A DNA stretch of 64,000 bases. Origin: a virus. How positions within the stretch are numbered: the first letter of the stretch is position 1; each line of letters begins with the position of its first letter. Positions 43,746 to 54,467 of this stretch are shown here, one piece after another. A model generated the notes under the pieces. That model was not told the origin of the DNA, did no database searches, and worked only from the letters and a program-made list of their open reading frames with translations. The stretch spans positions 45,251 through 109,250 of IMG/VR virus record IMGVR_UViG_3300050821_003619. The stretch is one strand, 5' to 3'. The position numbers and the translations under genes were made by a program.

Positions 43746-46700
43746 TTACGACGATGGGAACCCTATGTTTCCACCACCTGTAGCCGGTAGTGTAGACCAT
43801 GGAGACCCTCTGCCTGTTAACAATGACTTATCCATCTGGAACCATGCTCCAACAGCATTCGTTGAGAATTCTAAGAAAGCTCGTTGAGCCTGTACATTGA
43901 TTGGACGGAAGTAATCGTTTTGTGCAGGGTAGTTAAGCGTGATGCCAACCGGCACCTGATACGGATAACGTGCGTCAAGCGTATTAGGCAAAATACGCAA
44001 AGACATCAGACCTGCACCGTGACCTGTGATTTGCAGCACAGTATACGATTTGTTGTGGAAACCAAATATAGGTAACGTTGCAGCCTTAGCTGCATTAACG
44101 TGCCCATAAGTAGTGTACACACTGTGAATTGCTGCTCCATCATCACTTAACTGGTCGGGGTCTAACTGGTAGACCTTTGAAGATGCTATGCCGTTGCATA
44201 TGAACAGCGGTTGATCTATACCGTTTTGTCTAGTGATGAAATCCATATATGGAGAAGGAATCTGCCATATGGTCCATTTTCTCTTCATATCCACTGCAGC
44301 TAACGTACCAAACATCGTTGTATGCATTTCAGCTTGACTTACCAGTTCCTCGAAAGTACCGAGACCCTGATAGTTCAAACAAAGCATAACGTTCGGGCTA
44401 GTAGGTGTAGGGTTGTATACAGAGTTAGGAAGCCACTTTACAGATGTTGTTTTCTCTCCAGTGATAGGATTGGTGCCTGTAGGCAACGGAATCGCGCAAA
44501 GAATACGCTTATTGATAATGTCGTTACGAAGTACAATCGTGTTACCGGCATTCCAATTGATTGCGTCCCATACCTGATAGATTTCCTGCATCATCTTCTG
44601 TGGTTGCCCACCATTGAAACCAAATATACCCGCACGGCACGCCATCACAGCCCATTCTTCACCAACATCATAAGCGTGGATACCAATGGCACCCACCTTG
44701 TTACTCACCTCGTGTAGGCCCCAGCCTCCGGGTTCGGAGTTAGGATTGTTTTCGGTTGAGTACATGCTTTGTGTCTTCATCAAGAATAGCTGATCATGCA
44801 TTACGAACCCTCCCATAACTGATTGAGAGTTCTCAGGCGTAGTATCTATGATGCCTCCTTGATCGGCAGAGGCGTCAACAGACTCAGGTCGATTAATATA
44901 CGAACCGTAGACTTGAGCCAAGATGTTTGGTGTCTTGGTAGGATAAACTTCCACACGATCTATTTCGACTCCTGCACCTGATGCCAGATTGCTGGCGTAG
45001 ATGCGTAAAAGTAGAGTAGAAGGTACGGAACCCACGATGCTGGCTGCTCCACCTTGGTTTACCGAATTGGTAAACGGAGTGGTTAACAGTGCACCAGAGA
45101 ATACTGCAGTAGAAGTTGTCATGCTTGAGAAAGGCACTACGAACGATCCGTACTGTGTGCTTCCGTCTGACAAATCTACCACCAGATTACCATTAGTGTT
45201 AGCAGAGGTTATACGAGCAGCTATACGCACAGAATAGGTTGTATTCTGAGCAATAATAGGAGTACCAAAACTGTCTTGGTATGCCGTCTGCTGTATCAAT
45301 CCTGCCCCGCTTAAGGTGCTGGCTGATGTGTTATTAATTGCGTACGCAAATCCAGTAACTGTGCTGTTAACCAGTGACCCGGTGAAATCTGGAGCACTCC
45401 AACCAGATGGTTGGTTAGGAACAATGTAGCTATCAAATGACATAGCAACAAAGTTTTGAACCTTGTTAAGCTGCAATCCGTAGAACATACGATTAGCGTA
45501 TGGAACGGCCCAAGCTGAGCTTCCCAGTTCAATAAGGTTAAACAGGTTGTCACCCTGCACGTCAATTTCTCGTGAATTAAGAAGAACTGCATCTGTGAAC
45601 GAGAAAGTAGCACTTTGCGTAGTGTTGTCTCTAATAATGGTTGACTGAGCTAGAGTAGTTGTAACCGTACCAATGGTCTGCGTTACGGGGTTTTCGATAA
45701 CGTAGAAGTTAGCTCCGGGTACACCATTTTGTCCTGCTTCAGTGAACGCTATAGCTCTAGCAATTACATACGAAGGACCAATAGGAATGTTGCTAACCTG
45801 AATGGAGTTGGTTCCTGCTGCCACATTAAACACAATAGGTGTATTTGGGGCGCTTTCGTAACCTGTCTCTGTAATGAAGTAGCACACTGCTTGTCGCGTA
45901 CCAGCGGCAATTTGTGTTGTGCCACCGGGTGTAGTACCGATTACGTTTAAGGTTCCTGTGGTTCCATTTCCATAGATTGGGTTAGTTGTGGTTCCTGTAG
46001 CGTTTGCACCGGGATCGATCAAAAACTGTGTACCATAAACTACGGCTTGACCGTTTTGGGTTACGCTAGAATTTGGCGTAGCTCCAGCAGGTGCAACAAC
46101 AGTAAATGTACCGCTCGATCCAAGAGGCAATGCGCCAGAAGGGGCCACACTCTGTACTACATAGGTTCCATTCAGATCGGTACCAGTGTCTACCAGAGTA
46201 TTTGTGACCTTAACAATTTCTCCTGCCGTAGGTCCTACTCCGGTTGCTACCGTAAACGTGAATGTAACAGTGCTGCCTGATACGTCAACTGCTGAGTTAG
46301 TTATACTCATAGTGCCGCTATTTAAAGGCTGCACAACAGTGAAAGTTTGATTCCATCCTGCTGGAGATTCTCCAGTGATAGTTATCTGGCTTCCTGCAGT
46401 TATATTTGGCACACCGGTTGTAGTGGTTACTACTGCTAGTGAGCGCTCGTATGTCATACCAGCCGTTGAATTGGTCTGGAAGTGTCCCGAAGAGGTAAAG
46501 TTGAACGTAAAATAGTAACGCTCTCCTGATCCACCGGGAGGAATACCGATACCCACGCTGGTTACCTGCCATGTGCCATTAAAGGTACCTGTGCCAGTTA
46601 TATACACATACGTTGGTATGCCTAACTTCATTTGCTCAACCAAGTTGTCGTCACCCGGTATACCGCTTCCGCCAATTGAGGCGTTTGCGTAGTATACGGT

Positions 46701-48806
46701 AACAACGCTACCCGGTTGTGTGTTTCCTACACCTGCACTTTGCAATAGAGTTATCCAAGGTCCTTTAGGATTAGGCCCGTCTGGATTGTTGTAGTGTCCC
46801 GCACTGCCGCCGTTTGTTGGGGTGGGTAGAACTGTGAATGAATTAGGCTGTTTAATGCTTGATATGCCAAAATTTGGTGCCAAAGTAGCAGTTGCAGTAG
46901 ACACCAAGTTAGTAGAAATTAGATTAGCATGAGAAGGCACTGAGATTTCAAATTGAGTAGGTGATAGTCCAGCGGACAAAATCACAAACGGCAGATTATT
47001 AAGCTGCGTATCAGTTACGCTGCCGGGTGCCGATGGAATAATATTGCTCAGAACATATACTGTTCCTGCTGCGGGTTCTGTGCCTGTGTACTGAAAAGTA
47101 GCTACTCCACCTGACACTGCATAAGAAGTCAATGAGAGGTTAGTAGCAGTAGAACTAGATGTAGCAGTTACGCTAAGCTGACCACCGGGAGCATACATAG
47201 ACAATGGAAGGAACTGAGTGCCATCATAAATGCGAGGACGATCTGTTCCTACGGTAAGATTAGAGAACATAATGTACTCTTGATCTAAAGCCGTAACACT
47301 CTTTGCATATGAGCCGGGTAAAATACCTGTCAAAGCAACAGAAAGTGCACCGGGGTTACCCGTTACATCCTCCTGCCACAAAATACCTGCGGCGTCCAGT
47401 GCCAGCGTGTCTATCTGTCCATCATCTTGCACAAAAGACTTGATGTAGTTAAAGTTCTCTAAGGCAGGGGTGATATACGTCAACATGTCCAAATCATTGA
47501 TGAATGTTGTGCCTGTGCCAGTAGAAACTACCTGAACTCCAAATGCGTTAGCGTTTACATCAGATGCCAGCCATGTGCTGCCCCATAGATCATTAGATGT
47601 GCCTAAAGAATATATCGTAGGAGTCGTAGTCAAAAGCTGCGTCTTTGGCGTGCCGACCGTTAGGCCGTTTTTTAACAACTGCAAAGACACCGTAGTTGCT
47701 TGGCTTGAATACGCTTGGAATGTTACACCAAAACCAGATATACCAGAAGTAGCAGGTACCGTAAATGTAAAATTCTGCACATTCAAAGAATTAGAGCTAC
47801 CGGAAGTGGTGTAATACAAAGTCACCGACAACTGATCTATAGAAAATGATCCTGTACCGCTGTTCTGCTGTGCATCGATCAGTATGCCGAATGGCGTACC
47901 ATTAACTATCTCAGGAGTTAAAGTTGTACCCCATTGATAGGCCGATGAACCTTTTGTGTACACCGCTAACGAAGGTCCAATAGGCACATTAACTGCCGTA
48001 CCAATTGGGAATCCGTTCTGTGCTAATTGCAGGTTGATAGAAGAACTTCCTGCTGATCCAGTAGAACTGGCCCTAAACGTAATTGAGATGCCAGTAACCG
48101 TAGCATTATTAGTGATCGCATACCCAACATTATTTGCTAGAATAGGAGAAGACGTTGCGCCTGTTAACGTGATCGTAGCAAACTGTGTTGACGATAAAAT
48201 ATTAGCAGGATTAGTAAATGTTAGGGTAGTTCCAGAATTAGCAGCAGAACCGGGAACAGCAGGCTGAGTCACTGTACTGCCCGTACTTACTGTTGCATAC
48301 GCTGTGTTACCTAGAATATTGTTAGGAGATACCCATGAACTGCTGCCGCCTGTTTGTTCTGTGGCTGAGGACGGTACGTTGGGTCCTACAAACAGACCGG
48401 TCAAAGAAATAGCGGTTGCACCGGGAGAAGCTGTGGTTATGATGTCATGTACTCCCACAAGTATAGCAGTAAATGTTGTGGGGTTGCTGGCCTCAACTAC
48501 TACCTGTAAACCATTCAAAAATGTTAATGCTCCAGTGAAACCCTGAAGCAATAAAAGCTCATTCACTACAGGCTGTGTTCCTGTGTACGTGAATAGCGCT
48601 GTGCCGTAAGTAATGCTTACGGAAGAAATCTTAATTGTAGTGCTGTATGTGTAGACAGATGATAGACCGTCTCGTGTGAATACGCTACCTACGATAAAAT
48701 CCACGTCTTGGCAACGTGGGCTGGCTCCTTCTGGTACGTTCTCAGGAGAAGCTAAGGTAACCATACCCCCAAAAGTGTCTAAAGAGGCGGTTCCTAGTGC
48801 TTGCAA
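43746..48806 (-). CDS. Tail nozzle/tubular protein B-like (P22 gp10/T7 gp12-like) with large Ser/Thr-rich insertions
   Basis: N-terminal FGG...PEGASPRCQDVDF...RDG; C-terminal beta-propeller-like region (YGS...PESVD, VGAIG, GIFGFNGG); start may be ATC at 48818. Confidence 0.7.
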   Translation of the reverse strand: MQALGTASLDTFGGMVTLASPENVPEGASPRCQDVDFIVGSVFTRDGLSSVYTYSTTIKISSVSITYGTALFTYTGTQPVVNELLLLQGFTGALTFLNGLQVVVEASNPTTFTAILVGVHDIITTASPGATAISLTGLFVGPNVPSSATEQTGGSSSWVSPNNILGNTAYATVSTGSTVTQPAVPGSAANSGTTLTFTNPANILSSTQFATITLTGATSSPILANNVGYAITNNATVTGISITFRASSTGSAGSSSINLQLAQNGFPIGTAVNVPIGPSLAVYTKGSSAYQWGTTLTPEIVNGTPFGILIDAQQNSGTGSFSIDQLSVTLYYTTSGSSNSLNVQNFTFTVPATSGISGFGVTFQAYSSQATTVSLQLLKNGLTVGTPKTQLLTTTPTIYSLGTSNDLWGSTWLASDVNANAFGVQVVSTGTGTTFINDLDMLTYITPALENFNYIKSFVQDDGQIDTLALDAAGILWQEDVTGNPGALSVALTGILPGSYAKSVTALDQEYIMFSNLTVGTDRPRIYDGTQFLPLSMYAPGGQLSVTATSSSTATNLSLTSYAVSGGVATFQYTGTEPAAGTVYVLSNIIPSAPGSVTDTQLNNLPFVILSAGLSPTQFEISVPSHANLISTNLVSTATATLAPNFGISSIKQPNSFTVLPTPTNGGSAGHYNNPDGPNPKGPWITLLQSAGVGNTQPGSVVTVYYANASIGGSGIPGDDNLVEQMKLGIPTYVYITGTGTFNGTWQVTSVGIGIPPGGSGERYYFTFNFTSSGHFQTNSTAGMTYERSLAVVTTTTGVPNITAGSQITITGESPAGWNQTFTVVQPLNSGTMSITNSAVDVSGSTVTFTFTVATGVGPTAGEIVKVTNTLVDTGTDLNGTYVVQSVAPSGALPLGSSGTFTVVAPAGATPNSSVTQNGQAVVYGTQFLIDPGANATGTTTNPIYGNGTTGTLNVIGTTPGGTTQIAAGTRQAVCYFITETGYESAPNTPIVFNVAAGTNSIQVSNIPIGPSYVIARAIAFTEAGQNGVPGANFYVIENPVTQTIGTVTTTLAQSTIIRDNTTQSATFSFTDAVLLNSREIDVQGDNLFNLIELGSSAWAVPYANRMFYGLQLNKVQNFVAMSFDSYIVPNQPSGWSAPDFTGSLVNSTVTGFAYAINNTSASTLSGAGLIQQTAYQDSFGTPIIAQNTTYSVRIAARITSANTNGNLVVDLSDGSTQYGSFVVPFSSMTTSTAVFSGALLTTPFTNSVNQGGAASIVGSVPSTLLLRIYASNLASGAGVEIDRVEVYPTKTPNILAQVYGSYINRPESVDASADQGGIIDTTPENSQSVMGGFVMHDQLFLMKTQSMYSTENNPNSEPGGWGLHEVSNKVGAIGIHAYDVGEEWAVMACRAGIFGFNGGQPQKMMQEIYQVWDAINWNAGNTIVLRNDIINKRILCAIPLPTGTNPITGEKTTSVKWLPNSVYNPTPTSPNVMLCLNYQGLGTFEELVSQAEMHTTMFGTLAAVDMKRKWTIWQIPSPYMDFITRQNGIDQPLFICNGIASSKVYQLDPDQLSDDGAAIHSVYTTYGHVNAAKAATLPIFGFHNKSYTVLQITGHGAGLMSLRILPNTLDARYPYQVPVGITLNYPAQNDYFRPINVQAQRAFLEFSTNAVGAWFQMDKSLLTGRGSPWSTLPATGGGNIGFPSS

Positions 48807-48839
48807 ATTGTGGCCGATATAGGTACCCTCGATTCTTTT

Positions 48840-48873
48840 ATAAAGGGGAAGGCTACCTAAACGTCTTCCCCTA
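48840..48873 (-). terminator. Hairpin/terminator
   Basis: AGGGGAAG...CTTCCCCT-TTAT. Confidence 0.6.
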
Positions 48874-48903
48874 GCCCGATATTTTCTCAGGATGTTCTTT
48901 TTA

Positions 48904-49119
48904 CTACTCTGTTATAGAGCCTTCTTTTAATGCATAGCAAGGCACATTATTAACGGTAATACGTTGTGCAGTAGTGGTCGCGTACTGATCATTAAGTAGA
49001 ATGCTTGCAAGCCCATTGGACACTGACAAGATTTTACATGAAATAGAACGGCCATCCCCCACAACCACTAATCTACCGTTAGAATCTGTATTAGTTGTAG
49101 GTGCTCCGGGTACAGACAT
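48904..49119 (-). CDS. Small hypothetical virion protein
   Basis: AGGAG SD. Confidence 0.6.
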   Translation of the reverse strand: MSVPGAPTTNTDSNGRLVVVGDGRSISCKILSVSNGLASILLNDQYATTTAQRITVNNVPCYALKEGSITE

Positions 49120-49131
49120 ATGGTGTTCTCC

Positions 49132-49485
49132 TTATAATCTGTTGTAGATGAATTCACCAACGATGATATCATTAAGGACCTGAGCAGGGATGATAGCTGA
49201 TGCTGATAGCTCAGTGCCATTCAAGAAGATCATAAGTTCATCGACAGCAGGGATATACTTGTAGGTATACCCATTAGAGGTTTCTCCAACTACTGTAGCC
49301 TGCAAAAACTGCTTGGTGTCAATGGTCTGTGCGTTAGCATAGGCAACCATTCCGACAGGAATTCCACCAACGTTATACACGCCTGCTCCAATAGAAAGCT
49401 GAACCCACAAAGTAGATGTCTTAGCATCAAATGAAGGTCCCGCAACTAGAGCGGCTATAGTAACTGAAGGTAACAAACTAGACAT
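49132..49485 (-). CDS. Putative head decoration/structural protein
   Basis: GGAG SD before ATG at 49485; YNVGG...GYTYKY...ELS motif. Confidence 0.55.
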   Translation of the reverse strand: MSSLLPSVTIAALVAGPSFDAKTSTLWVQLSIGAGVYNVGGIPVGMVAYANAQTIDTKQFLQATVVGETSNGYTYKYIPAVDELMIFLNGTELSASAIIPAQVLNDIIVGEFIYNRL

Positions 49486-49570
49486 ATTATTTTCTCCCAC
49501 GATTCACCAGAGTGTATCTGGCTTACGTATACTAAGGCTTATAGCCTCGGTTTAATTTAATTGTACAACT

Positions 49571-50284
49571 TTACGTCTTTCCATTTAGCTTGTTAAACAA
49601 ACGATGGAACTCCGCAATCTTTTTTTCAACGGGAATAGAGTTACCACTATCGGCCTCAAGGAATACCGTCCAACTAAAAGTATCTTTGGTAGACACGTCT
49701 TTAGGCTTTGGTGGTCTTAAGGGCCTATGAAATGGGTAATCCTCTCGTAGATCGATGCAATCCCCTATGTAAATCTCGTAGCGATGGTCATTAACTATGT
49801 GTATACCGTGTTGATGCAAAGTTTCTGCTACCCATTTCTCATCGTCATTGTTATCGGGTAACGGAGAACCGACCATGATTTCCATGCATTGTCTGGAAAC
49901 CCACCAATTAAATCCTACTGGAACATTGTACCCCTGATTAAGGTATCTATTAATCTTTCCTGAGTACTGGTGCTTTTCGTAGCCTGACAGCAGCAACTCT
50001 ACAGGTCTTAGAACGACATCATCATCACACTTCAACATGTAGTCGTAGCCGTGATCCAATGCCCACTTCATGATCTGTCTTACCTTCTCTGGAAGGTCTT
50101 TATACAAGTCACCGCAATTTAACGGTACAACATTGGGTTCATCTGAAGTATCTGCCCCTATAAAGAATCTTACATCGGCTTTTCCTTCCGGTACCATAGC
50201 CAGCCATGTACTTCTTATAGCATCTCTCCAGTTTTTTCTATGCTGTGCTGAGACCACCGCTATCAATGTTTTAGTCTGAGCCAT
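49571..50284 (-). CDS. GT31-like (galactosyltransferase/Fringe-type) glycosyltransferase
   Basis: RDAIRSTW, D.Y..L..K, YDYMLKCDDDV, DDEKWV. Confidence 0.85.
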   Translation of the reverse strand: MAQTKTLIAVVSAQHRKNWRDAIRSTWLAMVPEGKADVRFFIGADTSDEPNVVPLNCGDLYKDLPEKVRQIMKWALDHGYDYMLKCDDDVVLRPVELLLSGYEKHQYSGKINRYLNQGYNVPVGFNWWVSRQCMEIMVGSPLPDNNDDEKWVAETLHQHGIHIVNDHRYEIYIGDCIDLREDYPFHRPLRPPKPKDVSTKDTFSWTVFLEADSGNSIPVEKKIAEFHRLFNKLNGKT

Positions 50285-50292
50285 TGATGTTG

Positions 50293-51126
50293 CTACTCCA
50301 AAAGGTTTCTGTTCTTCTCTACAAAATATTCGTTAGTGAACACTTTGAAACGCTCTTTATTTTGAAGAAAGTATGATGGTAGCCTAGGATCGTCTGTTTC
50401 CCATCTCTGAGCGTCACCTATACCAGATCGATGGTACAAATCTCTTCCGTTCACCACATCGTCTGCTATTTGTCTGTCCGTGCGGGACTTTATGTAGGGG
50501 TGAAGATCATCATGAGAAATAGCGTACACTTTTCTTCTTAATCTATCTAGGTTGTCTGAGAAATAAGAACAGTGCCAGCCGCCGTTTTCTATAGACGGCC
50601 AGTTGGGGTCCATATCTCCCGGACCACCTCTAAAACTACAGATGCCTTCCCTGCGCTTAATGTCTCCTACAACTCCTATACGGGCACGAGACCATGCTCG
50701 CTGGCCGTAGTTAAACATGTGGTTAAAATTGTAGTAAAAGGTGTACTGTAGCAGGTTTCTCAACCCTAAGTCTGGTGTATACGACTTTACTACCTCTGGA
50801 TTGGGTATCTCATCCAAATCAGAAAAAGACAAAGTGTCATTTTCATTGGGATTCAAGCCATATATCGCAGGAACCAGTGCTTCTCTAAACTCTCTCTCAA
50901 AATCCCATGAACCATAAGGAGGAAGCTCTGGGACAATGCAAGTTATTTTATGGTTCCACTTGTCAAACCGGCTTTTATTCTCTGAGTAGTACAAAGGCTT
51001 AGGTGCGTCCATGAATGTTCGTCTAGACTCAGCGAATACAAATCTGTCTACTACTTCGTCAAGTTGACCTAAGCGAAGTTCTAGCAGGTCCAACTCGTCG
51101 TTAAAGATAAAAGAGTCAATTACCAT
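50293..51126 (-). CDS. GT17-like beta-1,4-GlcNAc transferase
   Basis: IDSFIFNDELDLLELRL..L..VVD.FV..ES..TF...KPL, SDLDEIP, GWHCSYF. Confidence 0.9.
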   Translation of the reverse strand: MVIDSFIFNDELDLLELRLGQLDEVVDRFVFAESRRTFMDAPKPLYYSENKSRFDKWNHKITCIVPELPPYGSWDFEREFREALVPAIYGLNPNENDTLSFSDLDEIPNPEVVKSYTPDLGLRNLLQYTFYYNFNHMFNYGQRAWSRARIGVVGDIKRREGICSFRGGPGDMDPNWPSIENGGWHCSYFSDNLDRLRRKVYAISHDDLHPYIKSRTDRQIADDVVNGRDLYHRSGIGDAQRWETDDPRLPSYFLQNKERFKVFTNEYFVEKNRNLLE

Positions 51127-51541
51127 TTAGTATCCTGTTTCTCAATTCAGTAGTAGACAAATTTCTAACCAGCGGACACAAGGCTATAACAATCTTGTGG
51201 TCCTTTAGAAATTCATCAGACAATCCCATCTGAGTTTTTAATTTTTCTTCTGTCCAATCACTGCCATTTACAACATGAGTTGGATTCACTTCTTTTATAG
51301 TAATGGTTGAGTCTTCATCGCCACGGTTTATAACCACGTTATCTACGTAGCGGCAGGATAACACCATTTCCATACGCTCTGCTAAAGATTGAGTAGGTAG
51401 AACACCTTTGTATCTCAAAACAAACTCATCTCTATTGAGAGCAACAACTACTTTATCGAAGGTCTGCCAGCACCACTTAAAGAATCTCACATGCCCCGGG
51501 TGAAACAAATCAAATGTGCCACCACAATAAGCTATCGACAT
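51116..51541 (-). CDS. Cytidylyltransferase (TagD/RfaE-II-like HxGH nucleotidyltransferase)
   Basis: GGTFDLFHPGH, DEFV..YKG, ER, YVD.V, GSDW, STT. Confidence 0.9.
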   Translation of the reverse strand: MSIAYCGGTFDLFHPGHVRFFKWCWQTFDKVVVALNRDEFVLRYKGVLPTQSLAERMEMVLSCRYVDNVVINRGDEDSTITIKEVNPTHVVNGSDWTEEKLKTQMGLSDEFLKDHKIVIALCPLVRNLSTTELRNRILNGN

Positions 51542-52263
51542 GAGTCCTGCCATTCTCTGTGCAGTTTGTGCATGTACTCTGGACGATATTTCCACTCTGT
51601 TTCTCTACCGTTACCGTCCCACTTTTGTCCGTGAGGATATATGGTAGACAGGTGGCAAGAAATGATCTCGTTATCTCGTCTAGGTCCTAAATCGTTAGTC
51701 GTTAGGTTACAAGTCATAAAACGAGTGTCGCAAATGACTAATTCTTCATGCCCTCTAATTATGCGTCCAGTCCACAAATCTTCTTCCCATATACCGGGGT
51801 TCTGAGCCTCTAATAGAGGAAACTCCTGCACAGCATACGTTAAGGCTTTTTTGCTTAAGAATGCCCCGGCACCGCTCTGGCAGTGTTGACCATGGCTTAC
51901 GTGCGGCCATGGCTGTCTTGGGTCTTCATGGTAAAAATCACCCAGATAATCAGAGCGATCTGCACCGCACGACAGAAGCCTTTCGACACAAGCATAGGTG
52001 TCGTGGTAACAATGGAATACTAAATCGTAACCGTTGTTTACGGTCCAACGGTACTTTTCTCTGGTCTTAGCTATTAATCCATAGTAGGAATCATCTACAG
52101 GGAGAACTACAGTGTCGTCACACTCTTTCGATCCCGTTCCAGAGAAGAATTTGTAATCTACACCTAAATTCTTAGCATCAACTAGCCAAGTATCACGGAG
52201 AGCGTTGTTCCACCCGTTACTCTCAAACTTGGAGCAACTGCTTATTGCTATCAACAATTTCAT
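51532..52263 (-). CDS. GT31-like glycosyltransferase (altered DxD)
   Basis: LRDTW, DDSY.GL..KT, YDLVFHCYHDTY, SGAG.FLS.KA, EDLWTG. Confidence 0.8.
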   Translation of the reverse strand: MKLLIAISSCSKFESNGWNNALRDTWLVDAKNLGVDYKFFSGTGSKECDDTVVLPVDDSYYGLIAKTREKYRWTVNNGYDLVFHCYHDTYACVERLLSCGADRSDYLGDFYHEDPRQPWPHVSHGQHCQSGAGAFLSKKALTYAVQEFPLLEAQNPGIWEEDLWTGRIIRGHEELVICDTRFMTCNLTTNDLGPRRDNEIISCHLSTIYPHGQKWDGNGRETEWKYRPEYMHKLHREWQDSCR

Positions 52264-52916
52264 TTTGCACCGTAATCAATAGGTTGTAGTTTAGCCCACT
52301 CTATGTGGTCTTGACCGATTACATCGTATGCTTCGGGTGTAACTCTTGTAACTGAGGACTCTTCATGATAGCAACGAGCTTCATCCATCAAAACTATTTT
52401 GAAACCATTTGTTGTCAGCCTGTAATACATGTAGGTATCGCCATACCAATGCTTAACGGTACGGGGTATAGGGTAAGCTAACTTTGCTGCCTCTCTAGAC
52501 ATAAAAGAGAAGTACCATGCCGGTGTGTTATACGATACCGCCATATAATTAGGGTTTGGTACCGGTTGTCCTATGGCCGGAATCAGCACTTCATTAGGAA
52601 ACTCTTGCATACGCCGAGCTACCACATTGTACCACCCCGGATGGAGTGTTACGTCTGAAGTGCCTAAACCAATCACATCGTATCCGTGATTTATTCCATA
52701 CTCTAATATCTGGTTCCACGCCCCGTTACAGTAGCCATTAGCAGAGTTTACTATAGTAAGTATTCTGTTGCCAAACTCACTCATTACGTGCCTTACGTCT
52801 CTGTCGGCAGCGTTATCTACTGCTAGAACATCGGCTGGGGTATCGACTAAGGCTTTAAGACAGCGCTTTACCGAGTGGCCTAGCCTGAATACTGGGGTAC
52901 CCACTAAAATCTTCAT
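52260..52916 (-). CDS. GT2-family glycosyltransferase
   Basis: VDNA.D, N.G...AWNQ, SDV, WYGD, CYH..S. Confidence 0.8.
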   Translation of the reverse strand: MKILVGTPVFRLGHSVKRCLKALVDTPADVLAVDNAADRDVRHVMSEFGNRILTIVNSANGYCNGAWNQILEYGINHGYDVIGLGTSDVTLHPGWYNVVARRMQEFPNEVLIPAIGQPVPNPNYMAVSYNTPAWYFSFMSREAAKLAYPIPRTVKHWYGDTYMYYRLTTNGFKIVLMDEARCYHEESSVTRVTPEAYDVIGQDHIEWAKLQPIDYGAK

Positions 52917-53548
52917 TGTTCTAAGCTCTCCAACCAAAGTTTATGTTCTGAAAACACATTAGTACCTACATATCCCCCCGGCTGAGTGGAAAGATGGTTA
53001 GTTATGGTATGGTTGGTCTTTAAAGGGCCGGGACCGCAGTATGAGAAGGCTTTAGAATCTCCTCTGTGTATTTCGTAATTATTGTGGAGTTGGTCCCCTA
53101 CCCAACAATCCTCGTTTGGATAGTTACTTTCTTTTTTATCTAAAACTTCACAAGCTTTACGACTCAGAAAATACCCCGGTCCTCCTTGGCAATAAGGACT
53201 ACCTCCGGGGTGCTGATGCACACACCCAAAGTAATCAAACTGCTCAAATCCAGAGGTTAACAACCGGCTCGCACACACATATGTATCAGGAAAGCACATA
53301 AACACGTAGTCATAGCCGTTATCCAATGACCATTTAATCTTTAGCTTGGTCTTGCTGGTTAAATCCCAATAACCATCATCACAATCCACCAAAACAACGT
53401 CATCCTTAGGCGTTGCTCCCCTGCCATGAAAAAATTTATAGTCTATACCCAACCGTGTTAGGTCTTTGAGCCATGTTTCTCGTAAGGGAGCGTTTAAACC
53501 AGAATTTTCATAGGCTTGACAACTGCTTATTGCGACCAGTAGTCTCAT
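52913..53548 (-). CDS. GT31-like glycosyltransferase (altered DxD)
   Basis: LRETW, DDGY.DL..KT, YDYVFMCFPDTY, GGPGYFLSRKA, EDCWVG. Confidence 0.82.
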   Translation of the reverse strand: MRLLVAISSCQAYENSGLNAPLRETWLKDLTRLGIDYKFFHGRGATPKDDVVLVDCDDGYWDLTSKTKLKIKWSLDNGYDYVFMCFPDTYVCASRLLTSGFEQFDYFGCVHQHPGGSPYCQGGPGYFLSRKACEVLDKKESNYPNEDCWVGDQLHNNYEIHRGDSKAFSYCGPGPLKTNHTITNHLSTQPGGYVGTNVFSEHKLWLESLEQ

Positions 53549-54467
53549 ACCACTCCACGGTCTCCTTCAGGCCCTGAATAAAAGGTGTTTTCGCTTCGAA
53601 ACCAAACTCTTTCAATGCTCTGTTGGTATCCAGAAGTCTTCTTGGCTGTCCATCAGGCTTTGTAGTGTCGTAAGTTATTTCCCCATGGTATCCAGTGGCA
53701 TGAGCTACCGCATGCACTAGATACTCTATGGATATTTCCATGCCGTTACCCAAATTTACAGGGTCTGCACCATCATACTTTTCAGCGGCCAGCACTATTC
53801 CTTCAGCAGCATCTTTAACATACAAGAATTCTCTAGTGGCTCTGCCCGTACCCCATATAGATACGTTAGTTTCTCCTACGTCTTTAGCGTCCATCATTTT
53901 CTTAATAAGAGCAGGAATCACATGGGACGAGGACGGATCGAAATTATCTCCCGGCCCATATAAGTTAACCGGTACAACGTAGATGGCGTTGAACCCGTAT
54001 TGCTGACGATAGGCTTGGGCCTGAACCAGCAGCGCTTTCTTCGCAATGCCGTAGGGCGCATTCGTTTCCTCAGGGTAGCCATTCCAAATATCATCCTCTT
54101 TGAAGGGTGCAGGGCAATACTTAGGATACGAGCACACCGTGCCTACCTGAACAAACTTTCCAACATTAAAAAAATGAGCCGCTTCTATAAGCTCCATGCC
54201 CATCTTTAAATTTTGATAAAAGAACATGCCGGGAGACTTTTGATTAGCCCCTATGCCGCCACACTTCGCAGCTAGGTGAATTATGATATCAGGTTTATAT
54301 AAACCTAACATATCATAAATGCTGTCGGTATCTAGTAAGTCCAGTTCACTATGAGAAGGAGTTATGATCCACTCTGGGTTGCCTTGTTTCAGTCTCTCCA
54401 CAACATGTTTGCCGAGAAAACCAGAAGCTCCCGTAACAAGCACTTTCTTGTTCTCAATTGCGTTCAT
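53508..54467 (-). CDS. fcl: GDP-L-fucose synthase
   Basis: [58 protein letters not shown]. Confidence 0.96.
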   Translation of the reverse strand: MNAIENKKVLVTGASGFLGKHVVERLKQGNPEWIITPSHSELDLLDTDSIYDMLGLYKPDIIIHLAAKCGGIGANQKSPGMFFYQNLKMGMELIEAAHFFNVGKFVQVGTVCSYPKYCPAPFKEDDIWNGYPEETNAPYGIAKKALLVQAQAYRQQYGFNAIYVVPVNLYGPGDNFDPSSSHVIPALIKKMMDAKDVGETNVSIWGTGRATREFLYVKDAAEGIVLAAEKYDGADPVNLGNGMEISIEYLVHAVAHATGYHGEITYDTTKPDGQPRRLLDTNRALKEFGFEAKTPFIQGLKETVEWYETTGRNKQLSSL

